In this document: positions 24,356-36,000 of the stretch, one piece after another
Layout of the letters: each line of letters begins with the position of its first letter
How positions within the stretch are numbered: position 1 is the stretch's first letter
Assembly (NCBI GenBank): GCA_035221665.1
Contig: CM069142.1
Span: 7,254,001 to 7,318,000, forward strand
DNA: 64,000 nucleotides
Reading direction: 5' to 3'
DNA from: Okamejei kenojei
Lineage: Eukaryota
Notes under the pieces: model-generated
Told to the model about the DNA's origin: nothing
Databases searched by the model: none
Seen by the model: the letters and a program-made list of their open reading frames with translations, nothing else
Translations under genes and position numbers: made by a program

Positions 24356-24792
24356 CAGGTGGAGGTGGGGCAGGTGGGACAGGTGGGGCAGGTGGGACAG
24401 GTGGGGCAAGTGGGGCAGGTGGGACAGGTGGAGTAAGTGGGGCAGGTGGGACAGGTGGAGTAAGTGGGGCAGGTGGGGTAGGTGGGGCAGGTGGGGCAGG
24501 TGGGACAGGTGGAGTAAGTGGGGCAGGTGGGGTAGGTGGGGCAGGTGGGGCAAGTGGGGCAGGTGGGACAGGTGGGACAGGCGGGGCAGGTGGGGCAGGT
24601 TGGGCAGGTGGGGCAGGTGGGACAGGTGGGGCAGGTGGGGCAGGTGGGGCAGGTGGGGTAGGTGGGGCAGGTGGGGTAGGTGGGGCAGGTGGGGTAGGTG
24701 GGGCAGGTGGGACAGGTGGGGCAGGTGGGACAGGTGGGGCAGGTGGGACAGGTGGGGTAGGTGGGGCAAGTGGGGCAAGTGGGGCAGGTGGG
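24356..24792 (+). repeat. 9-bp minisatellite (CAGGTGGGG)n, about 48 units, G-rich
   Basis: Direct inspection. It generates the spurious WGR/PHL/PTC ORFs. Confidence 0.97.
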
Positions 24793-24897
24793 CGTGGAGC
24801 TGGAGATAGAGATGGAGTGTAGCTGGGAGTGTGATGGGAGGGGGGAGGGAGGCAAGAAGCATCGAGGGAGGCAATAGGCAGGAGCTCCTGGTCTGTG

Positions 24898-25929
24898 TAG
24901 GTATGTTACAAGACTTACCTTCAGCGGCGCTGCAGTTCTGCCACTGCCCGTGTGCGTGACTTTGGCGCCTTTGAGAGGGGGGGCAGGTTTAAAATGCGGT
25001 TTTCTCCAGACTATACAAATCGATTTTTCTCAGGGTGTTTAGTTGCTGAAGAGAAATAGCTCCGAGTTTTGTTTAATGAAGTTATTTTTAAACTACCCTG
25101 GATAATGCATTAGCAGGAGTAAATTAAAAATCATCTTGTAAAGCCGTGAACGGCGACAACGGGATGGATCTCACGTTGGGGACAAGGCAAGTTTATTTTT
25201 TCATATAAACTTGCTACTTAGGAAGCCTTTAATCAAAATTTCATGTTGCGACAAGGTGACTTAGAAAAGATACCAACCGGCAGTATTTTTCCTGCCGATA
25301 TGGGGTTTAAATTCACCGCAACGGTAACGTTCCAATCGATCGCATTCCATAAAATCCCACTCGCAAGATGATTAAAATGGCCATTAATTTACGGGAATTA
25401 AACACTAAATTCCTTCCATTTGGCCTATAAATTTATGACAATGAGATTTAAAAATCATGTTATATTGTGAATTCTCGAGTGAATGTTATTTGGACACTTA
25501 GGCTTTTTAAAAATGTTAATCTTTTCTTAAGAAATGGATAGATGTTTAGATCTAGTAATTGAATTTTGTAATTAGCTACAATTGGGTAACTAACTAATTC
25601 TATACTTTAATTTCAGGCCATCCAAGTAAGATTGTTTCATATTTGTTTCAGAATACTTCAATCTACAATAACTGAAAATGTCTTTCAGTTCTCTTAATTT
25701 TTAAGAAAGTTATGGGCTTTTGACTGTCCTTGATCGCAGCTTTTGTGTTAAGTCAATGGAAAGCAATAGGGAACAAGATACTAATTTCCGAATATGTAAA
25801 TAGCCATAACTTTTTTAATACCGAAGATATGAAAGTGAATTAGGTGTCAAATTAAACTTCTTTTTATGCTTTATCTGATGGGATAAATTGCAGATGATTT
25901 TTAAAATCTCAAAATTTTGTAACATTGCT
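24898..25929. mobile_element. Non-autonomous hAT-like DNA transposon
   Basis: TIRs TAGGTATGTTACAA ... TTGTAACATTGCT (then gap). Homologous, in opposite orientation, to the element at 32871-42755. Confidence 0.75.
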
Positions 25930-26088
25930 NNNNNNNNNNNNNNNNNNNNNNNNNNNNNNNNNNNNNNNNNNNNNNNNNNNNNNNNNNNNNNNNNNNNNNN
26001 NNNNNNNNNNNNNNNNNNNNNNNNNNNNNNNNNNNNNNNNNNNNNNNNNNNNNNNNNNNNNNNNNNNNNNNNNNNNNNNNNNNNNNNN
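25930..26088. other. Assembly gap
   Basis: Run of N. Confidence 1.
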
Positions 26089-26315
26089 GTGTGTGCATGT
26101 ATGGGTGTGTGCATGTGTGTGCGTGTGCACATGCGGGTGTGTGTGCACGTATGGGTGTGTGCATGTGTGTGCGCGTGTGTGCGTGCATGTGTGTGCGAGT
26201 GCATGTGCAAGTGTGTGCGTGTATGGATGTGTGCACATGTGTGCGTATGCACATGCGTGTGCATGTGCAAGAGTGTGTGCACATATGAGTGTGTGCATGT
26301 TCTGTGTGTGTGTGC
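26089..26315. repeat. (TG)n/(TGCA)-type degenerate microsatellite
   Basis: Alternating purine-pyrimidine tract. Confidence 0.95.
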
Positions 26316-28272
26316 AAGAGGTACAGAAGTGTGAAAACTCACCTCCAGATTGAGGGACAGTTGCTTCCAAGCCATTAACAGGCAACTGAATCATCTTCTC
26401 ACCAACTGGAGAGCAGTCCAGACCTTCCATCTACCTCAATAGAGATCCCTCGGACTATTTTTAATTGGGTTTTACCGGGCTTTACCGGGCATTAAACATT
26501 ATTTGCTGAATTCTGTATTTGTGAACTGTGAACAGCTAGACTCTATTCATGTCTGGTCTTTCCGCTGACTGGATAGCACGCAACAAAAAGCTTTTCACTG
26601 CACCTGAGTTGTAAGGACCGTCCCACACTGGGACAGTCCCTCAACCTCCATGCAGACTCACGCCAGATGTCCACTTCTGTTTAAATATTTTCTTGTTACT
26701 TGTTTCAAAGCCGTTTGTTGTAACACAAACCCTTTCCAGTGGTGACAGGAAACAGGATCCACCGGGCTGTTCAGGCCAGACTCTGACTTACTATCAACAG
26801 TTCCATATCTGACCTGCTTTCAGCTATCTGTCTCTTAATCCAGGTCAGGGGCGCAGAGGAAGGTGAGCGGACATCTCTTCATCTCTCTGTCTGGAACACA
26901 GACTGATAATGGGGGAGTCAAGTCAGGTTTATTTGTCACATACGCATACGAGATGTGCAGAGAAATGAAAAGTGGCAATGCCTGTGCAATGTGCAAAAAA
27001 ACACAGACCAGAATGGACCAGAATCAGTAATTACATATCGGTGAGAAAAACCCTCCAGCAATTAAAAAAAGACACCACACAACAGTAGTTTGGTCCAGTA
27101 AGTTAGTCCCTGGTGAGATAAGAGTTTACAGTCCTGATGGCCTGTGGGAAGAAACTCCGTCTCATCCTCTCTGTTTCCACAGCGCGACAGCGGAGGTGTT
27201 TGCCTGACCGTAGCAGCTGGAACAGTCCGTTGCTGGGGTGGTAGGGGCCCCCCATAATGTTGCTGGCTCTGGATCTGCACCTTCTGAGGCAGGGCTGGTG
27301 TGAGAACCTCACCCAAGGCCGGGCTGTAGTGAGAACGGGACAGTGCAGCTGATACCAAACCATGTGTTGTCTTTCCGTGACAGGATGGCACGCAACAAAG
27401 GCTTTTCACTCTCCCTCGGTACACAAGACACATATTTAGTTCATTAACTAAACCACACAAGCACCCATTCCCATGAGAAGTGAAAGCTCTTCCACAGAGG
27501 CACTGACCCGTACAGCACGGAAACAGGCCCTTCGGCCCACCGTCCATGCCGGCCTAGTTGGCTACTGGGCTAGTCCAATTCGCCTGCATTTGGCCCATAT
27601 CCCTCACAACCCTTGCCATCCATATACAGGTGCAAAGGCTGGACAGTGTAGAGTGAGCAGGTCATAGTTGGGGAATCTGGGTCAGCATGGACAAGTTGGG
27701 CTGAAGGGCCTGTTTCCATGCTCTATGACTCTATGACATGGGTGTTATCAGCTGCTGTGTGTGATCTGAAGGGAACATTTAATAATCTAAAGGATGTTAA
27801 AACGCATCAGATAGCTCGACAAAATTTGAAAAATATGTGGTTGGATTGAAAGGCAAAGAGTAGTCTCGCTAATCTACTGGTCCCAACATTGCCAGTCGAC
27901 AAACTGCATCAATCTCAACACATTGCTGGAAACAGCAGCAATTATAAATGCTGAGACTAACTAAAGATCAATTATCCAAGATTCTATTCCCAGCTAAATG
28001 ATACCAAGACGATTAATATCCAAGCACTGAGATACCTATCTAAATGATGGGGGGTCCGATGGTGGTGCAACGGTTTTGGAAACGATTCCCAGCTGAGGAT
28101 GTGCTCACTGGGAAACCCTGGTATTTAACGAGATGACAATAGCAAATGCACTACAGCAAGAGGAAGGATACAAGGGAGAGTGCTTCACCCATCGACCAGC
28201 AGGAGGCACTGTTCATAGGACTGCGTGTGTGGGCACTGGTGGGCATGTTGGAATCTGCAGTAGTGGCAGGCG

Positions 28273-28748
28273 GTGAGTGTGTGTGGGGGTGTGAGTGTGT
28301 GTGGGGGTGTGAGTGTGTGTGGGGGTGTGAGTGTGTGTGGGGGCGTGAGTGTGTGTGGGGGCGTGAGTGTGTGTGGGGGTGTGAGTGTGTGTGGGGGTGT
28401 GAGTGTGTGTGGGGGCGTGAGTGTGTGTGTGGGGGCGTGAGTGTGTGTGGGGGTGTGAGTGTGTGTGGGGGTGTGAGTGTGTGTGGGGGTGTGAATGTGT
28501 GTGGGGGTGTGTGTGTGTGGGGGTGTGAGTGTGTGTGGGGGTGTGAGTGTGTGGGGGTGTGAGTGTGTGTGGCGGTGAGTGTGGTTGTGAGTGTGAGACT
28601 GGATAAGAGTGTGGGTGTGAGTGTTGGACTGGATGTGAGTGTGAGACTGGATGTGAGTGTGAGCATAGGTGTGAGTGTGGGTGTGGGCGTGAGTGGGTGT
28701 GAGTGTGAGTATGTGTGTGTGTGTGTGTGTGTGTGTGGAGTGTGTGTA
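28273..28748 (+). repeat. TG-rich minisatellite (GTGAGTGTGTGTGGGGGT-like units)
   Basis: Direct inspection. The distal part is paralogous to 44515-44740 and 63300-63530. Confidence 0.93.
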
Positions 28749-28934
28749 CATAGATACCTGTACATAGATACATAGACAATAGGTGCAGGAGTAGGCCATT
28801 CGGCCCTTCGAACCAGCACCGCCATTCAATGTGATCATGGCTGATCATCCACAAAGTACCCCGTTTCTGCCTTCTCCCCATATCCCTTGACTCCGCTAGC
28901 CCTAAGAGCATTATCTAACTCTCTTTTGAATGCC

Positions 28935-30900
28935 AAGAATTTCAACTGGGAGAGAATTTCATTCTATGGATTAAACTACTATATAATAAGCCAACGGGCA
29001 GAATATTAACTAACAATAATTTATCTACGAAATTTCAATTGTCAAGGGGTAATAAACAAGGATGTTCACTATCACCATTGTTATTTGCTCTCATAATTGA
29101 ACCCCTAGCGGAAAGAATTGGAACTCATCCGAATATTCATGGATATAAAACAAAATATTCCAACAATAAAATATCACTATACGCTGATGATGTACTATTG
29201 TACATCACAAAACCTCATATTACTATACCAAATATTTCAAACTTAATAGAGGACTTCGGATCATTTTCAGGATATAGAATAAATTGGAATAAAAGTGAAA
29301 TCGTGTCAATAAAACCGAAAGACTCTACACATCTTTTACAGTTTCCTTTCAAAATAGCTATGGAAAAATTTAAATACTTGGGTTTCGAAATTACTAGAAG
29401 ATATCAAGACATGTTTGACGCAAATTATAACCCTCTACTTAAGAAACTATATAACTTGATTAAATTTTTGAAAACGCTTCCGATGTCCTTAATTGGCTGA
29501 ATAAATTCCATAAAAATGATTTTTCTACCACAAATCTTATACCTGTTCCAATCTATTCCAATATATTTACCCAAAAAGTTTTTTAAAAAACTGGACTTAG
29601 ATATCACAAATTTTATTTGGGATTATAAATGCCACAGAATACAAAGAGCTCATCTGAGTAAACCCAAAGTAGTATGGGGATTAGCAATCCCCAACTTTAT
29701 GTATTACTACTGGTCTGTAAATATTAGAAACATGATCCAATTGCTGGATAACTCTCCCCAGCAACCGGATTGGACTATTATGGAGAAAGAGGACTGCTCT
29801 CCTTACAATATTGGAGCAATCCTTCTTTCACCAATGACGATGAATAATACAAATTACAACAAAAATCCAATTATACACAGTACAATTAGAATTTGGAAAC
29901 AAATAAAACACAATTTAAAATTAAGAAATGTATCTCTCTTACCTCCTATCGGTAAAAACCCTTCGCCGGAATTAAAATCTTCGTAGATTTGTATGAAATG
30001 GGAAAACTATTATCATTTAAACAATTACAACTAAAATACAATTTGGGAAACAAGCAGTATTTTAAATATTTCCAAATCTGTGACTATCTGAAAAAATACG
30101 CACAAGACTATCACAATATGCCTCCAGACTTACTGGAAGAAGTAATGAATACAAAGGCAGAATCAGCAAACCTAATATCATATATATATAATATTATTCT
30201 AAATGCAGAAATACCAACAACAGAAGGTATCAGGAGAGACTGGGAAAAATAATTAAGTATAAACATTCCCAAAGAAAGGTGGGAAGAATATTTATTAAAT
30301 GTGCATAAATGTTCAATTAATGTAAGACACACCTTAATACAATTTAAAATCTTACACATATTATACTATTCAAAAACTAAAATACATGCAAGAGTACATC
30401 AAAAAAGTACCGGTGTCGAGTCTTGGTAAAGGGGTAAGAAAAACTGTCGAGTTGGTAGATTCCTTTTGCGAGATGTTTATAATAAAGTAGGGGGTACACA
30501 AAAAGCTGGAGAAACTCAGCGGGTGCAGCAGCATCTAAGGAGCGAAGGAGATAGGCGACGTTTCAGGTCGAGACCCTTCTTCAGACTGGTAACTGGCTTT
30601 TCTTTTTTCCTTCTCTTTCTTTCCTTTTTTTTCCCCTCTTCAGGGTCTATCTTTTAATCTCCTTTCTCTAACTCTTTGCCCAAGGGTTCCCTTTCCCTCT
30701 GGCACGCTTTTTCACTTTCACAACTCTTTTTCACTCTTCTACTTTCTCTGTTGATATTTATTTCTCTTTTCTTTCTTTTCTAAAGCCTTAAAAAATTAAG
30801 GGGTACAATGATTGTAATACTATATAAGGGATGTACACTGATGTAACTTACTGTACCTCTAATAAATAAAGATATACAAAAAAATATAAAAAATAAAATA
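28935..30900 (+). mobile_element. L1-clade LINE fragment (RT to 3' UTR, internally deleted)
   Basis: GNKQGCSLSPLLF and YADD; ORFs 29039-30252; T-rich 3' UTR and A-rich tail near 30860-30900. Confidence 0.88.
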
Positions 30901-30904
30901 TCGA

Positions 30905-32860
30905 CAAGGTCACCAATCCTAATGCCTGGTTATGCGGCAAAGAAAATGACCAGTCTCTTTGCTGAGTAATAAAAGGAGTAATAATCCCCTGTTTAATAAA
31001 AGTCGAGAAGACAGAGAATACACAGTTAATTTCTACATAGATAACCAATACATTTTCAAAGAGCAAACAGATAATAACTTTGTCCCAGGCTCAATGCCAA
31101 TACAGCTGCAACTTCTTAAAGAGACACTCCTTGTAACGCATCAGACTCTACAAAGATTTATCACGTAAATGAGCAAGCTCAATCAATGACATCCTATTTC
31201 ATCTTAATTATAGGATTAATTCAACATTCACCGAGAACCGGTTCCACAGAGAAGTAACAGTCTTTAAACTCACTCACTCTACACCCTGTTTCTACCATTC
31301 ACTCACAAATTTCCACACCCAATGCGATATGCTAAATCTCAAATATTCACACACGTTAAAGCAATAGAATTCTCACTCAAGAGTAAAACAGTTATGTACT
31401 CCTCAGGGAAATCATGCAAAACTCTTAGACTTTGCAATATATCTGCTGTACGGGCAATAATGTCAGTTGGGACATTCCCCCGGGACTTTGTTGTGGCCAC
31501 TTGTATGGGCATTGCATTTAATAATGGCCAGTTGGACTGGAAGAGTTGAGGGCCTGTCCTACCAGCATCCGACTCCATGTGGTGAGCGCGACCAAACTGG
31601 AATCGGGGGTCGCGCGGAGGTCGAGTGATCCCTGTACAGGGCCGATCCTACCAGCATCCACCTGCATGCGGCGAGCGCGACCAAACCGGCAGCGGGGGCC
31701 GCACGGAGGTCGGGTGAATGGCGCGAAGTGAGGCGAAGTGGCAGCGAATTCCGCAAGGTAAGTTCTCAAGGACAGAGAGGGACACACAGAGAGGGGCACG
31801 GAGGCACACAGAGAGAGGGCCATGGAGGCACACACAGAGAGGGTCATGGAGGCACATATAGAGAGGGTCACGGAGGCCGTGCGTAATGCGTCGAGGCGAC
31901 TGCGGGCCGACAGGCCGTTGCCGCGCGGAATTTTTGAACAGGGTCAGTTTTTCGGAGCCCCGCGCGATGTCGGGACGAACTCCGCACAATTCCGCACGGT
32001 TCCGGCGATCGAAGTGGGACCGGCCCCGCGAGGCCGGACGGCTCAAGCGACCACGTTAGGTCGCGCTCACCGCATGGAGTCGCATGCTGGTAGGACAGGC
32101 CCTTTAAGGCATGCAGTAGCTGGTGCAGTAGCAAGCGCTGTTTTAAAGTTGCGAAAGTCTTCTTGTTGGGAGTGAGAGAGTTAGAGAGAATTGCTGACAC
32201 ATTTGAGAAAGAATAGCTGTTGTGCCCTGGTGGAGGCACCAATGTATCCACTGTCGGTAGAAATTAACCAAGCCCAGAAATGGGATTGGTCCGATTCCCT
32301 ATCATATAGGGTCTTGCCACACCTCACACTTGCCCGATTACTCAGACTCTCCCCGCTCTCTCCACCAGGAATAGGAGCTCTGTGTTTCAAACAGGTCAGA
32401 GTCTTTTGTTTCAAATTTGTTTTAAACTGTACTGACTGTTGGCTGCAAAATGTTAAAGTTCTTGGGGCCAGAGTGAGCAGCCTGGATTCTTGCGGGATAG
32501 TTAAGATACAGTGTCTCGAAAGCTACCAGCTTGACATCCTGATTTATCTTTTCAATCTTCTTATTTTTCTGCTGTTTCTCTTTCTTGGTGCTCTGTGTGG
32601 TTTAACTCTCTCACTGCTCTACCTCTTCTGCCTTAAGCCCTCTCCCTTCTTCTTCCTCATCAGTTCTTCCTTCTTCTGATGGTGCCCTTCCCTGTAGACG
32701 TACTGGAACATTTCCTCTTCACGGGATCTGAGTGTCGTAGCTCCTGCTGTTAGTGACCGGGTGGCCAGGGCATGGGGGACGTATTCTACACTATTTCCAA
32801 TTATTTCTCCCTCCGAATTTGTTCCTCATCCCCCCTCTCTCTGTAAACAAAGTCATTATA
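30905..32860 (-). mobile_element. Highly decayed coding relic, possibly L1-Tx1 ORF1
   Basis: Stop-ridden minus-strand frames (FSVEPVLGEC.., SLMRY, E/K-rich N-terminus). The assignment is tentative. Confidence 0.3.
31549..32103. mobile_element. MITE, probably PIF/Harbinger-type, GC-rich
   Basis: ~45-bp TIRs AGGGCCTGTCCTACCAGCAT.../...ATGCTGGTAGGACAGGCCCT, flanked by TTG/TTA. Confidence 0.85.
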
Positions 32861-33030
32861 TCAGACAAGGCAGCAATGTTACAAACTTTTGAGATTTAAA
32901 AAATCAAGTCTGCAATTTATCCCATCAGATAGAGCATGAAAAGAAGTTTGATTTGACACCTAATTCACTTTCATATCTTCAGTATTAAAAAAAGTTATGG
33001 CCATTTTCATACTCGGAAATTTGCATCTTG

Positions 33031-36000
33031 TTTTACTTCGGAGTCACGTGAGTGACTACGTGAATAGAAGCCCATACAGCCGTTGGTGCGTCATGACGTC
33101 AGACGCTGGTGCAGTCGGCCGGTTGGAGCAGCAGCGCTCCTCCGAGCGGTAAGTTTAAAACCGCGGGTTACACGAAGAGCTGGAGAATTTAGCAGGTGCA
33201 GCAGCATCTAAGGAGCGAAGGAGATGGGCGACGTTGCGGGTCGAGACCCTTCTTCAGACTTCACCCTCGATTCTCCAGCATCTGCAGTTCTTCGTTAACA
33301 AGTTTAAACGGAGGTAAGGTTTTTAAAAAAAATTTTTACCACATGTCATTTTCTGCGACGGTTTGGGGTTCTTAGAGAATGTTGCAGAAAGTGAAGAAGG
33401 TGTCGGCGAGGCGCTCCGGGGGTAGAAAGGAAAAGGGAGGAGAGTGTTGAGGAATGGAGGCCCGTCTGGTACACCTGGTCCGGTGCTGGCTACACAGCCA
33501 GTGGTTGCGGACCCACTGCTGGGGGGCAGTGGAGGCTTGTCCAGTAGGGTGGAAGGCCACTGGCAAGTCTCTGTGGCCCGTAAATGAGTCGGGCCTGGAG
33601 GTTATACCCTCCATAGGAGAGTCCGTTTGCTCACGGCTCTCCCACGTCGAGATTCTATTACAAAAGAATGCTCGACAGGGACCAGCTCCGTGAGGAGGAG
33701 TGGTGCCCAAGCCAGGCTGATGGAGAGCTTGTGCTAGCAGCACCTGTTTCAGGGCTGCAGAACTATCCTGCCTGTGAGGAGGATGTTCTATCAGTGCAGT
33801 TTGCTGACACTGATTTCTATGCTGGGGGAGAGCAGTAAAGGTGTTCGGTTGGAGGTAATTCCGAACATTGCTGGGAAGTTTGCTGAGTGTAGAGAGGCAG
33901 GAAAGGCGATTGATGTAGAATTGGCCGAAGCCATTCAGTATATGCTCTCCCACCAGTTACAGGAGCTAGCTATGGATGAAGTAGCAAGGAACTATAAAGC
34001 TCCTGTTAATTGTGATCTCCTGAAGGTACCGGTGGTTAATCACCAAATTTGGTCATAGATGGGAATTTGCCTGCTATGGGCCCAGGAGATGAAGTTTAAA
34101 AAAGTGCTTAAACTGTTGTCAGCAGGTATTACAGCTGTGGTGAAAGTTATTGATACAAACGATATGGTTGAAGCACACCAGGATGAACTGGGATTCCTTT
34201 GTAATGCATTTTGAAATTAATAATATCGGGAGGGCCGCTATTAGGCCAGTGCTAACCCGAATTTGGCGAGTTGTGCAAACCGACCAGTGTACCACCACGA
34301 AATCTGTTGTTTGGTGGTAACCTTGCAAAAAGGGTCAAAGACTGTCATGAGGTTGTTATAACCATGGCCCTCATTAAGCCAGCTGGCAAGCAAGGCAAAA
34401 AAGGTTCTCTACAAGAAGTCGAGGACAACAAGGTCCGCAAGGAAAGATGCAGGTAAGGAATATAACATTGACAGACGATGAATTAACTGATGTTCCTGTT
34501 CAAATTGGGGAAGGTTAAAATTGTTTTCTCAAACAATGGCAGCAGTTGACATCAGATTTGTTCATACTTAGTGTATTGAAGGGGTGAAAATTTGAATTTT
34601 ACTCTAAGGACAGTCTACCTAATCAACATTTTCCTAGTCGTAAACTTATTTTCAGATGAGGAAAATGTGCTTATTCAAGCAGAGATTCAGTCGTTACATA
34701 AGAAAGGGGTAATTGAGCCTTCTGTCTATCAAAGTCAACAATTTCTGTCAAGTATATTTCCCAGATCTAAAAAGACTGGGGGATGTAGAATTATTCTGGA
34801 TTTATCGAATTTGAACAAATTTGTTTGTTATAGGCATTTCAAAATGGAGACCTTTACCACGGGCAAACATCTAGTGTCCAAAGGGTATTATATGGCAACC
34901 ATTGATTTGAAGAATGCGTATTACGCAGTGTCTATTCATGGTGATGATAGAAGATTGACTGAGCTGTGGCAATTCGGGGCATTGCCGAATGGATTAACTT
35001 CAGCTCCTAGATTATTTACTAAATTGGTAAAACCTGTGTTAGCATTACTTAGAGCTCAGGGGCATGTGGTAGTGGCCTATTTAGATGATATTCTGATTGT
35101 TGGAAAGACTCATGCTGAAACTCAATCATCAGTTTCAGTTGTTTAAAATCACTTTTGAACAAATGGGATTTGTTATTCACCCAGATAAATCTAAATTATC
35201 ACCAGTCCAAATTATTGATTATCTGGGATTTACCATTAATTCCAATCACATGTTGGTAACTTTGCCCAGGGATAAAATTGAATCAATTAATTGAGGACTG
35301 TGTTAATCTCGTTGGAGAACAACGGCCTTCGATTAGACAAGTAGCCAGTTTAATTGGGAAGTTGTTGCAGCCTTTCCAGCTGTGCAGTATGGTCCTCTGC
35401 ATTATCAACAATTACAACGATCAAAGGAACAGGCACTGAGAATACAAAGGGGCCATTTTTGATAGGCCTATGCAGTTGTCAGCTGGGGCGATTGCTGACA
35501 TACAATGGTGGATAGTACATGTTTCAAAAAGTTTAAGGAAGGTTTTGGTGGAATCACCGTCACTGATATTACAGACTGATGTAAGTGCACTGGGTTGGGG
35601 TGCAACAGATATGTCTTCTAGTTGTGGAGGCAGATGGAATGTGGATGAGACATCGCTTCCTCAATTAAGAGGGATTAATTATTTAGAGTTGTTGGGCACC
35701 TGGTATGGGCTCAAAGCTTATTGTTCTGCAAGGAGGGATCTGCATGTGCAGGTCAGATTGACAACACCACAGCAGTGGCATATGTAAACCACATGGGTGG
35801 AGTTAAGTCACAGTCTTGTGATAGACTGGCTAACCAGATTTGGAGCTGGTGTATTGACCAAAATATCTGGCTTTCAGCACTTTATTTGCCAGGAAGAGGT
35901 CACGTCAGTTTAATGACAACATTGAATGGATGTTAAATCAGGATGTATTTAACCAAGTGATTGATCAGTATGGATTACCAGATATTGACTTGTTTGCATC

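Noticed and set aside
24278-24874. WGR-, PHL- and PTC-repeat proteins; also possible CRISPR or Ig switch region
   Set aside because: These are translations of a 9-bp minisatellite. There are no spacers and no AGCT enrichment.
25815-26430. His/Thr- and Cys/Val-rich ORFs
   Set aside because: Microsatellite translation running through an N gap.
28151-28911. HT/PH-rich 217-232-aa ORFs
   Set aside because: TG minisatellite translations.
32191-32679. Hydrophobic ORF as a TM exon for the B7-like gene
   Set aside because: It is the antisense of an A/G-rich decayed element and lies upstream of the leader. Its duplicate at 55999-56214 is equally repeat-derived.
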